Translations under genes and position numbers: made by a program
Shown here: piece by piece, positions 1 to 7,487 of the stretch
How positions within the stretch are numbered: position 1 is the stretch's first letter
Layout: the number at the start of each line of letters is the position of its first letter
Notes under the pieces: model-generated
What the model saw: only the letters and a program-made list of their open reading frames with translations
Database searches by the model: none
What the model was told of the DNA's origin: nothing
IMG/VR virus record: IMGVR_UViG_3300028898_000020
Length of the DNA: 43,973 bases
Reading direction: 5' to 3' (one strand)
Source of the DNA: a virus

Positions 1-141
1 CCTTCGGCCCGTACACCAGCACCAAGATCCACGAACCCCCGCGCCGCCTGGACTGGCAGGACAGGCTGGTGATCGCCGCCAGCGTCCTGACCCTCGCCGG
101 GTTCCTGATCGCCGTCGCCGCGAGGTGGGTATGCTGACCGC
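1..141. repeat. Terminal direct repeat, copy 1 (circular-closure / assembly overlap)
   Basis: Bases 1-141 are identical to 43833-43973. The repeat cuts through small CDS 43796..43969, so 1-137 only duplicates that gene's 3' end. Unique unit = 43,832 bp. Confidence 0.95.
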
Positions 142-220
142 CCTCGCCCTGGTGGGCCTGTTCCTGGTCGTCCCGATCCTGATCGGCCACGCCATCCACG
201 TCGGGGGCTGCGATGCGTGA
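131..220 (+). CDS. 29-aa hydrophobic micro-protein (putative)
   Basis: ATG 131 overlaps the stop of the preceding small CDS (ATGCTGA), and its TGA overlaps ATG 213 of the next gene. The product MLTALALVGLFLVVPILIGHAIHVGGCDA is one TM-like helix. It is below the ORF-track cut-off and supported only by coupling geometry. Confidence 0.3.
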   Translation: MLTALALVGLFLVVPILIGHAIHVGGCDA

Positions 221-506
221 GCGCGATATTGAACGTTACCTGGTCAAACAGGTGAAGGCCCTGGGCGGCGAGGTCCGCAAGGTCCAGTGGATCGGCCGAC
301 GCGGCGCGCCCGACCGCCTGGTGATGATGCCTTTGCACGGGCGGTGTGGCCGCTGGTCGTCGTGCCGCACGATCTGGGTCGAGCTCAAGGCCCCTGGCGT
401 GAAGGCCAAGGCCTACCAGCTGCGCGAGCACAAGCGCATGCGCGACATGGGCCAGATCGTGGCGGTGATCGACTCGATTGAAGGCGTCGAGGAGCTACTG
501 GCGTGA
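213..506 (+). CDS. VRR-NUC domain nuclease (paralog 1)
   Basis: 97 aa. GAPDRLVM ... WVELKAPG gives the D...ExK core of VRR-NUC / PD-(D/E)XK nucleases. Confidence 0.75.
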   Translation: MRERDIERYLVKQVKALGGEVRKVQWIGRRGAPDRLVMMPLHGRCGRWSSCRTIWVELKAPGVKAKAYQLREHKRMRDMGQIVAVIDSIEGVEELLA

Positions 507-796
507 TCCCCCGTTGCCAGCACGAGCACGAGCTGGAGGACTTCGCCGCGGCGCGCTTCGCCGAGGCCGGGCACGTGTTGCTCAAATTCGTATCGCCGGG
601 GTTCCCCGGCGTACCCGACCGAATCCTGATCGCTCGCACGGGCGCCGTGGTGTTCATCGAGTTCAAGGCCCCCGGCTGCAAACCCCGGCGCGCCCAACCG
701 GCCGTGATCAAGATGCCGCGCAGCCTGCACCACCGGGTCGAGGTGATCGACACCTATTCACAGGTGGCCACCTTGTTGCGGGGGCTTGGCAAATGA
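503..796 (+). CDS. VRR-NUC domain nuclease (paralog 2)
   Basis: 97 aa. The GTG start overlaps the upstream stop (GTGA). GVPDRILI ... FIEFKAPG repeats the same D...ExK core. Confidence 0.7.
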   Translation: MIPRCQHEHELEDFAAARFAEAGHVLLKFVSPGFPGVPDRILIARTGAVVFIEFKAPGCKPRRAQPAVIKMPRSLHHRVEVIDTYSQVATLLRGLGK

Positions 797-2181
797 CCCG
801 CCAGGTGATGATCCCGCGCCCCTTCGCGCCGCTGATCACAGGCCACCAGCTGGAGCACAAACGCTGCGCGGTGTATGCCGGCATGGGTATGGGCAAGACC
901 TCGGGCACGCTCACCACCCTGGACATTCTGTTCCTCTCGGGCGAGGAGACCCAGCCCGCCCTGGTGCTGGCGCCGGTGCGCGTCGCGCAATCCACCTGGC
1001 CGGACGAGGCCGCGAAGTGGGAGCACCTGCGCCACCTCGAAGTGCAGCCGGTGCTGGGCGATCCGGCCGCCCGCGTGCGCGCTCTGCGCAACACCAACGC
1101 CAACATTTTCACGATCAACTACGAGCAGATCCCGTGGCTGGTAGAACACTTCAAAAGCAAGGTCTGGCCCTTCGGCACGGTGGTCGCCGACGAGTCGACC
1201 AGGCTCAAGGGCTTTCGCCTGCGCCAGGGTGGCGCCCGCGCGCGAGCCCTGGCCACCGTCGCGCACTCCAAGGTGCGCCGCTTCATGGAGCTGACCGGCA
1301 CCCCCAGCCCCAACGGCCTCAAGGATCTGTGGGGCCAGGCCTGGTTCCTCGACCAAGGCGAACGCCTGGGCCGGACCTGGACCGGCTTCACCGAGCGTTG
1401 GTTCACCCCAACGTATGACGGCTACGGCATCGAGCCCCTGCCCTTCGCGCAGGAACAGATCCAGGACCGGCTGCGCGACCTGTGCCTGAGCCTCGAAGCC
1501 AAGGACTATTTCAACCTGGCCGAGCCCATCGTCAACGTGGTGCGCGTCGAGCTGCCCAAGCGGGCGCGCCTGCTCTATGAGGACATGGAAAAACGCATGT
1601 TCATGGAGCTGGAGAGTCACGAGGTCGAGGCCTTCGGCGCGGCCGCCAGGACCATCAAATGCCTGCAGCTCGCCAACGGCGCGGCCTATGTGGGCGACAG
1701 CAACACCGAATTTGTGGAGGTACACGATGCCAAGTTACAAGCTCTGGAGTCGATTGTGGAAGAAGCTGCGGGCGCGCCCGTCCTGGTGGCCTATCACTTC
1801 AAGTCGGACCTGGCCCGCCTTTGTCGAGCGTTCCCTCAAGGTCGGGCGCTGGACGCTGACCCTCAGACGATACGCGACTGGAACGCTGGTCGAATCCCAG
1901 TTCTCTTCGCGCACCCCGCGTCTGCGGGTCACGGTCTCAACCTGCAGGACGGCGGCAACATCCTTGCCTTCTTTGGGCACTGGTGGAACCTGGAGGAGTA
2001 CCAGCAAATCATCGAGCGCATCGGCCCGACTCGCCAGGCTCAGGCGGGCCACGATCGCCCGGTGTTTATCCACCATATCGTCGCTGTGGACACGGTGGAC
2101 GAGATGGTGATGGCCCGACGCGACAGCAAGGCCGAAGTGCAAGACATCCTGATGCAAGCCATGAAGAGGAAACACAAGTGA
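793..2181 (+). CDS. SNF2/DEAD-like helicase
   Basis: In-frame ATG 793 overlaps the stop of 503..796 (ATGA); the 478-792 part of the ORF is covered by the VRR-NUC genes. Walker A GMGMGKTS, DExx box VVADESTRLK, C-terminal helicase motifs (HPASAGHGLNLQ..). Confidence 0.85.
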   Translation: MTRQVMIPRPFAPLITGHQLEHKRCAVYAGMGMGKTSGTLTTLDILFLSGEETQPALVLAPVRVAQSTWPDEAAKWEHLRHLEVQPVLGDPAARVRALRNTNANIFTINYEQIPWLVEHFKSKVWPFGTVVADESTRLKGFRLRQGGARARALATVAHSKVRRFMELTGTPSPNGLKDLWGQAWFLDQGERLGRTWTGFTERWFTPTYDGYGIEPLPFAQEQIQDRLRDLCLSLEAKDYFNLAEPIVNVVRVELPKRARLLYEDMEKRMFMELESHEVEAFGAAARTIKCLQLANGAAYVGDSNTEFVEVHDAKLQALESIVEEAAGAPVLVAYHFKSDLARLCRAFPQGRALDADPQTIRDWNAGRIPVLFAHPASAGHGLNLQDGGNILAFFGHWWNLEEYQQIIERIGPTRQAQAGHDRPVFIHHIVAVDTVDEMVMARRDSKAEVQDILMQAMKRKHK

Positions 2182-2459
2182 CCACCGACAACATCACCAA
2201 GACCCTGACCGAACGCGGCAACCGGTACGGTGTATTCACCGGGCATGCCCAGGTCACGCAAGACCTCAAGAAAACAATTCGGCAACACCTGGTGGCGCGT
2301 GGCAAGACCCTTGCCCTCGACCAGCAGGAAGCGCTGGACATGATCTGCCACAAGATCGGCAGGATCATCAACGGCGACCCAGACTATGACGACAGCTGGG
2401 TGGACATCGCCGGCTATGCCAAGCTGGTGGCCGACAGGCTGCAAGGAGTAGCGCGATGA
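2178..2459 (+). CDS. Small conserved phage protein (DUF6378-like, from memory)
   Basis: GTG 2178 overlaps the SNF2 stop; 93 aa. The pattern ERGNRYG ... DSWVDIAGYA is seen in small proteins of phage replication modules. Confidence 0.6.
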   Translation: MTTDNITKTLTERGNRYGVFTGHAQVTQDLKKTIRQHLVARGKTLALDQQEALDMICHKIGRIINGDPDYDDSWVDIAGYAKLVADRLQGVAR

Positions 2460-2674
2460 CGACTACACCCGTCGCGATCGACTTCAAGACCTGGGACCGC
2501 GAGCTGCTGGAGCAGTTCGCCCGCGAGTGCGCCGACAGCAACCACCGCCTGGTGGCCGAGGTGGTCGAGCTGCGCAACCAGGTCAAGACCCTGCAGCTGG
2601 CCGCCGCCTGCTACCGCTCGCTGGGCGGCCAGCCCAAGACCACCGAACCGAACACTTTGGAGATTGAACCGTGA
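2456..2674 (+). CDS. Hypothetical protein
   Basis: 72 aa, ATGA-coupled to the upstream gene, GC-rich third codon positions. Confidence 0.55.
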   Translation: MTTTPVAIDFKTWDRELLEQFARECADSNHRLVAEVVELRNQVKTLQLAAACYRSLGGQPKTTEPNTLEIEP

Positions 2675-2898
2675 GCCTACTCCACGAAGCCATCATTGCC
2701 GAGAAGTACGGCCTGCGATTGACCGTCGATCAGATCGCCGACGCGCTGGGCCTGGCGCGCAATACCATCTACAACCAGATCGCACAGGGCACGTTCAGGG
2801 TCAAGACTTACGTTGACGGCGGGAAGCGCTATGCGGACTATCGGGACTTGGCTTCTTACCTGGATGAAGTGAGCGGTCGTGTAAAGACTCCGGCTTGA
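2671..2898 (+). CDS. Excisionase / AlpA-PrtN-type HTH DNA-binding protein
   Basis: 75 aa, GTGA-coupled start. HTH LTVDQIADALGLARNTIYNQIAQGTF followed by GKRYADYRDLASYLD. Convergent with int. Confidence 0.65.
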   Translation: MSLLHEAIIAEKYGLRLTVDQIADALGLARNTIYNQIAQGTFRVKTYVDGGKRYADYRDLASYLDEVSGRVKTPA

Positions 2899-3862
2899 TG
2901 TTGGTGTACCGCTTCAAATGCCGCCAGTCCTTATGCCCGCTCACCACCGCCACGTGTGGGATGTCGAATCCCTGTTCAAACATCGCGCTGATACCCTCGT
3001 GCCTCAGATCGTGAAGGTGTAGGTCTGGGATGGCCAGCGCCTTGCACGCTTCGGTGAAATACTTGGTCATGGTCTGCGGGTGCACCGCAAACACGCGCTC
3101 ACCCTTGGGCTGGCGTTGCAGCACCGCCCACGACTCGCCCAGCAGCGGCACCCACTGATCGTTTCCGACTTTGGCGCGCGGGTCCTTGCGATCGCGGATC
3201 AGCACCATTTTCTTGACCGCGTCCACGTCGTCCCACAAGATGCGCGCCACCTCGCCCCGCCGCATGGCCGTGATGGCTCCGAACAGCGCAAAGTCGGCGT
3301 AGACCTTTCCCTTATGCTCGCCAAGCCATGCCAGAACGCGGGCGGACTCATCCTCTGTCGGCCGGCGCTCGCGCAGTCCGCCGCCACCGATCAGGCCAAA
3401 GTGCGACAGTTTCGGCCGCGCCGCGCCGATCACGTCGGGCAGGCCGTCGCCGGTGTAGCGCAGCACGGTCCCCAGCTTCGACAGATCGCAGTTGATGGTG
3501 TAGGGGCCTGCACCTTCATCGCGGCGCTGTTGAGCCCACCCGAGCAGATCGTCAACGGTCAGTTGCGCGGCCACCAGGTGGCCCAGGTTCTTGGTGAGCT
3601 GCTTGAGGGTGTAGTGCTCATTGGCCGAATCGCTGATCGGTCGCGTTTTAGACCGCAGCGCGCGGTACTTGGTTATCAGTTGACCGATGGTGTCGGTGCT
3701 GGCCTGTGTCGGAACAATCGCCCCGGAAACAATCTGCCCCTCAATGTCGCGCGCCCAGGCCGCCGCCTTGGACTTTGTGTCGAACCGTTTTGATATATCC
3801 TTGTGGCCCTTGCGACGGATCAGCGCCCGCCACTTGCCCTCGACGAATGAAATGCTCGCCAC
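2801..3862 (-). CDS. int: Tyrosine integrase
   Basis: 353 aa, GTG start. Catalytic pattern R (AMRRGE), HxxR (HLHDLRH), H...Y (GHKDWRHLKRYT). Confidence 0.9.
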   Translation of the reverse strand: MASISFVEGKWRALIRRKGHKDISKRFDTKSKAAAWARDIEGQIVSGAIVPTQASTDTIGQLITKYRALRSKTRPISDSANEHYTLKQLTKNLGHLVAAQLTVDDLLGWAQQRRDEGAGPYTINCDLSKLGTVLRYTGDGLPDVIGAARPKLSHFGLIGGGGLRERRPTEDESARVLAWLGEHKGKVYADFALFGAITAMRRGEVARILWDDVDAVKKMVLIRDRKDPRAKVGNDQWVPLLGESWAVLQRQPKGERVFAVHPQTMTKYFTEACKALAIPDLHLHDLRHEGISAMFEQGFDIPHVAVVSGHKDWRHLKRYTNIKPESLHDRSLHPGKKPSPDSPHSASRRQRKS

Positions 3863-4022
3863 GACTCACCCCCGACTCACCCCCGACTCAGCGCGGGAAG
3901 TTGTCGAAAGTGTACGCTAGTGGAAACCGAGGATAGAACAGGGCGATAATCCCCGCTCCCTCCTCGTAGTTCAATGGAGGGATTCAGAGGAGAGTAGCGC
4001 CTGGCGACTCACTTTCGACTCA
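3862..4022. repeat. Candidate attP: two clusters of 11-bp-phased CGACTCA repeats flanking an inverted repeat
   Basis: CGACTCA at 3862, 3873, 3884 and at 4005, 4016 (11-bp period, same orientation). The central segment contains the inverted repeat TCCCTCC-N12-GGAGGGA (3959-3984). Lies immediately upstream of int. Confidence 0.4.
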
Positions 4023-5177
4023 CTGCTGCTGCCGCTGCTGCGCCGCCAGTTCATCCTTGCGCTGCGACGAAGCCGACGTGCCGATCCAGTAGCCACCCAC
4101 CATCATGATGACGGCCAGCAAGCCGGTGATGATCTGGGTGCGGATGTCGCCGACGTAGTTGTCCGGGTGGACATAGAACACATCGGCGAGCAGCATGAAG
4201 GGCATCACCAGCAGGATCAGGCTGATCCAGAAGACCGGGCTATGCCAGAAGCCCTTGGTGCCCGGCTGCAGGTACGCCGCCTCGGCCTTGCGCGCGGCCT
4301 CGACACCGCCACCCACCTCGCGCAGCTCGAACCACACCGCCTGAACCGCCGTCTTGACGGCCTGCGCGGCGTTGGGATCGTCCTTGATGGCCTCGACAAG
4401 CTCCTGCTCGTTGCGCGCCCCGATGGCCGACTTGGCGGTTTCCACCACGAGCTCGACGGCTTTGACGTTGCGCTGGGCCACTTCGGACCCGCCGCCGAAC
4501 AGCTTACCCAGTTCTGGGATCAGCGAGGCGATGGCGGAAAATGCAATAGGGATAAACGGCGCCATGGCGGGCTCCTTGGTTGGTTGCAGGGGTTCAGGTG
4601 GCGGGGTAGGCAGGGCCTCGGTCTGATCGACGGCCAAAGCTCGTTTTGCTGCGTCGAACAGGGCTTTGCGCTCGGCAAGGCCATTCAACCCGCCGTTGAT
4701 GCGCCGGGTGATCGCTTCGAACCGGCCCTGGTCCGCCAGTTCGTTCAACCCTCGGGACTTCCAGAACCATGCCGCCGACCTGGCGCCGTTCACCGGCACG
4801 GCCAGCAGCTCGGGATGGTTCAGCAGATCTATCCCCAGGGCTTCGCCGCAGGTTAGATAGTTGTCGTAGCCGGTGATCTGCATCGGACCGCCGCCCTTCC
4901 ACCACGGGCCGGGGCTGCTGTCGTGGCGCGCGGCGATCTGCATGGCTGCGGGCTTGGTGTTGCCTAGGTCGGCGCGGCCGTCGTAGGCCAGGCCTGATGC
5001 GAGCTCGCGCAGGTAGCGAAAGCCCCCGCTTTCGTGCCCGATCTGGGCAAGGAACGCGGCCTGGCGCGCCGGCGTGGTGATTCCGAATTCGGCCATTGCC
5101 GACTCGATCGGCGCCAGCCACTCGGCCGCGCGGTCTATGCGCGCGCCGGTGCTCTGGGCCAACTGCTCGGGTGTCAC
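4020..5177 (-). CDS. GH19 (chitinase-like) endolysin fused to a C-terminal 3-TM holin-like domain
   Basis: 385 aa. The N-terminal ~185 aa carry FLAQIGHESGGFRYLRE..YDGRADLGNT..WKGGGPMQITGYDNY. A Pro-rich linker follows. The C-terminal ~180 aa have TM helices VFWISLILLVMPFMLLADVFYV and IITGLLAVIMMVGGYWIG. An internal in-frame ATG at 4565 is preceded by AAGGAG-N6. Confidence 0.8.
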   Translation of the reverse strand: MTPEQLAQSTGARIDRAAEWLAPIESAMAEFGITTPARQAAFLAQIGHESGGFRYLRELASGLAYDGRADLGNTKPAAMQIAARHDSSPGPWWKGGGPMQITGYDNYLTCGEALGIDLLNHPELLAVPVNGARSAAWFWKSRGLNELADQGRFEAITRRINGGLNGLAERKALFDAAKRALAVDQTEALPTPPPEPLQPTKEPAMAPFIPIAFSAIASLIPELGKLFGGGSEVAQRNVKAVELVVETAKSAIGARNEQELVEAIKDDPNAAQAVKTAVQAVWFELREVGGGVEAARKAEAAYLQPGTKGFWHSPVFWISLILLVMPFMLLADVFYVHPDNYVGDIRTQIITGLLAVIMMVGGYWIGTSASSQRKDELAAQQRQQQ

Positions 5178-5431
5178 TTATCCGCCTTCTTGTCGAGCTT
5201 GGCTTCGATGCGGTCGAGCTTGGCAAAGATCGCGTCACTGATCTTGTCCATGTCGTCGCGGCGGACGTACTGTCCGGCCACCAGCACCTCGATCGCCTGC
5301 ACCTTGTCGGTCAGTGCAGAGTCGGATTTGTGCAGGCTGTCGATGCTGCTCTTGATGTTGTTCAACACCCAGCCACCCAGCCCACCGGCAAGGGCCACGG
5401 CGATGTTGAAAGCGGTCTGGCCGTCCATCAC
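5174..5431 (-). CDS. Membrane-anchored coiled-coil protein (possible holin/antiholin or i-spanin-like lysis factor)
   Basis: 85 aa, ATGA-coupled on both sides. N-terminal TM AFNIAVALAGGLGGWVL plus a charged coiled coil. Sits between the tail fibre and the endolysin. Confidence 0.5.
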   Translation of the reverse strand: MMDGQTAFNIAVALAGGLGGWVLNNIKSSIDSLHKSDSALTDKVQAIEVLVAGQYVRRDDMDKISDAIFAKLDRIEAKLDKKADK

Positions 5432-5622
5432 TCCGGAACCCCCACCACCTCAGGCAGTGGGTCGACCGGCGCGGTCTGCTTGGCTTGCTGCGCGGTGTGC
5501 GCGGCGTTGGCGAGCTGGGCATTGATGTTGCCGAACAGCGCGACCACCTTGCTGTATGGCAGGTGCCCCAGCCCTTCGGCCAGCAGGGCGAGATCGGCGT
5601 CGGTGAATACCAGCGTCTTCAT
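5428..5622 (-). CDS. Hypothetical protein
   Basis: 64 aa; its ATG overlaps the tail-fibre stop (ATGA). Confidence 0.5.
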   Translation of the reverse strand: MKTLVFTDADLALLAEGLGHLPYSKVVALFGNINAQLANAAHTAQQAKQTAPVDPLPEVVGVPE

Positions 5623-7427
5623 CAGATAACCTTTCGATTGCGGAGCTCGGCGAGCAGACAGGACAGGAAGCAGTACAGCGGACGCACCACCTGCTCAATC
5701 TGGACGTTGGTCGGGGTGGCTGACATATAGGTGCGGATCGTGCCGTCTGCGCAGGTCGTATCGAAGTTGAATGCACTAGCCGCAAACGACGTTGCATTGC
5801 TGCCGCCAATGCTGTTCATGCCGGTCATCGAGGCGGACACCGGGCCGACCAGCGTTGCTGCGTTCAGCACCTGAATCCCGGTCGCCTTGAAGGTGGCGAT
5901 GCGTGCCCCGGCCCCGACATTCACCCCAATCTCGGGATTGCTGGCTGAGTAGCCGAACGACTCGATCAGGCCCACTGCACCGGACATGCCGAAGGTCACC
6001 GCGCCGTAGGTCGCGGCGCTGCTGCTGTTATTGCTGAACAGGAAATTCGCGGTGGTGCTGGTGCCGTTCGGCTTGGCGACAAGGGTCGTCGCCGTGTTGG
6101 CGTCGGCGGACTGGAACGTCAGCGAGTTGGTCAGCGACGGCCCAGCGTTGAACGGCGCTTGAATCCGTCGCGCGTTGCCGATGAAATTCAAATCCCCGGA
6201 CAAATCGGCGCCGAACTTGCTCAACCTCGCTTGATTGTCAGAGAGGATGTTCCCGGGTGGCCCCCAGGTGACCTTGATGTTCGAGAAGTCAATGCTCCAC
6301 GTGCCCAGGTTGTCCTCCACCACATGGGCAAAAACGAGCCCGGACTTTGTGAAGTCAGCGTTGTCGTTGTGGTCCAGAACGTCGCCCGTGTCCACGAGCA
6401 TGTCCCAGCCGTTCAGCGTAGCTCCGGCGTATTTGTAGAGTTGGTATCGGGCGTAACGCTTACCTTCGGTCGATACGGTCGATTCAATGACCATGCGGTA
6501 GCGGGTGCCATCAAGAAGTGGCGCATTGCGAGGCCCGGTCGTGTGGGGGAATACCCAGCGCTCTCCTGCGCCAATCGCCGGGTTCCAGGTCTCGATCATG
6601 GAGGTGGGCTCAAACAGAGCCTTATCGCCGCCGAAGCCCGACCAGGTCATGTCCCCGAGAATGGCCCCGTTGCCGCTGACTTGCGTTGCGATGATGTCCA
6701 TGTCCTGGCGCAGCACGATGGGGACGTGGCCGCCAGGGTTGTACAGGAAGTAATTGTTGCTGACGAACTCGAAAGCGACAGACATTCGGCTTGGCAGCGC
6801 GTTCCACCCGAGCGGGTTCGTATCGACGATTTCATGCCGGCCGTTGGGCGTGGAATGATCCAACGTGAAGTTGGCCACGGTCACGCCGCCCAGAACAGCA
6901 GATCCACCACCACCGCCGAACTCCGCCGGGCTCACGTTCACCAGCGCGGTGGCGCCGGCATTCCAGCCCAGCACCATGTTCGCTGCGGGCGCGGGTAGGG
7001 CATAGTCCACACCCGCAGGCGTGGAAATCGGCGCGCCGACTACCCGGCTCATTTGCTCCTCTAGCTGCTGGATCTGGATGGTCGCGCGGTCGAGCGCGTC
7101 GTTCAGCACGGGTGGGTAGAAGCCGCCGCCGTTGGTGACTTCCACCGGCTGCAGGTTGGGCACCTGACTGCCCACCGTGATGGTCTGGGCCGCTGTCGGG
7201 GCGGCCAGCATGTTGACCGTGCCGCCGGGGCTTACCTCCTGGTCAGGGTTGAGGGCGACCGTGTAGTGCGTGGTCAGGGTCTTGACGGTCTCCACGCCCG
7301 TGGCCACTACCGCCTCGACCACCAGCACGTCGGTCGCGGCGAACACCTTGAACGCAAAGGGAAACGCCGTCGTGACGCTGTTGCCTGTGTACGGCCCGGC
7401 GCGGCGCGTGGTGCTGGAGATGGTCAA
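5622..7427 (-). CDS. Tail fibre / receptor-binding protein with T7 gp17-type N-terminal domain
   Basis: 601 aa; TTG start with GGAG 7 nt upstream. The N-terminal ~130 aa (TTAFPFAFKVFAATDVLV..YTVALN..GGTVNM..ITVGSQVP..NDALDRATIQIQQLEEQ) follow the T7 tail-fibre attachment-domain pattern. Confidence 0.8.
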   Translation of the reverse strand: MTISSTTRRAGPYTGNSVTTAFPFAFKVFAATDVLVVEAVVATGVETVKTLTTHYTVALNPDQEVSPGGTVNMLAAPTAAQTITVGSQVPNLQPVEVTNGGGFYPPVLNDALDRATIQIQQLEEQMSRVVGAPISTPAGVDYALPAPAANMVLGWNAGATALVNVSPAEFGGGGGSAVLGGVTVANFTLDHSTPNGRHEIVDTNPLGWNALPSRMSVAFEFVSNNYFLYNPGGHVPIVLRQDMDIIATQVSGNGAILGDMTWSGFGGDKALFEPTSMIETWNPAIGAGERWVFPHTTGPRNAPLLDGTRYRMVIESTVSTEGKRYARYQLYKYAGATLNGWDMLVDTGDVLDHNDNADFTKSGLVFAHVVEDNLGTWSIDFSNIKVTWGPPGNILSDNQARLSKFGADLSGDLNFIGNARRIQAPFNAGPSLTNSLTFQSADANTATTLVAKPNGTSTTANFLFSNNSSSAATYGAVTFGMSGAVGLIESFGYSASNPEIGVNVGAGARIATFKATGIQVLNAATLVGPVSASMTGMNSIGGSNATSFAASAFNFDTTCADGTIRTYMSATPTNVQIEQVVRPLYCFLSCLLAELRNRKVI

Positions 7428-7453
7428 GGTGCGACTCCGGTGGGGTGGTGTGA

Positions 7454-7486
7454 ATATTGGTCCCCCCGAAACCGGTTACGTGCACC
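7454..7486 (-). promoter_or_regulatory. Late-operon motif copy 5 (GGTGCACGTAACC-N14-CAATAT), upstream of the tail fibre
   Basis: Exact 13-mer at 7474-7486, 1 nt after the stop of the giant gene. The nAnnnT hexamer is at 7454-7459. 46 nt separate the motif from the TTG start. Confidence 0.55.
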
Positions 7487-7487
7487 G

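Noticed and set aside
478-792. N-terminal extensions of track ORFs (SNF2 478-792; also 19802-19882, 22957-23157, 24913-24993, 39876-40007, 40483-40575, 35191-35214)
   Set aside because: The extensions overlap upstream genes in another frame and are Arg/Pro-rich. In-frame starts that overlap or closely follow the upstream stop (ATGA/GTGA coupling), or that have an RBS, give products beginning at conserved N-termini.
3959-3990. tRNA fragment in the attP region (CGTAGTTCAATGG resembles a tRNA D-arm)
   Set aside because: Only about 13 nt match. There is no acceptor stem, anticodon arm or T-loop (GGTTCGAAT-like) on either strand. It may still be part of an att core, but it is not a tRNA gene.
5622-7427. 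BPP-1-style diversity-generating retroelement at the tail-fibre locus
   Set aside because: Capsid and decoration genes recall BPP-1-like phages, so I looked for a reverse transcriptase and a TR/VR repeat pair. No ORF has RT motifs (no YxDD-type protein), and I saw no second copy of the tail-fibre 3' end.
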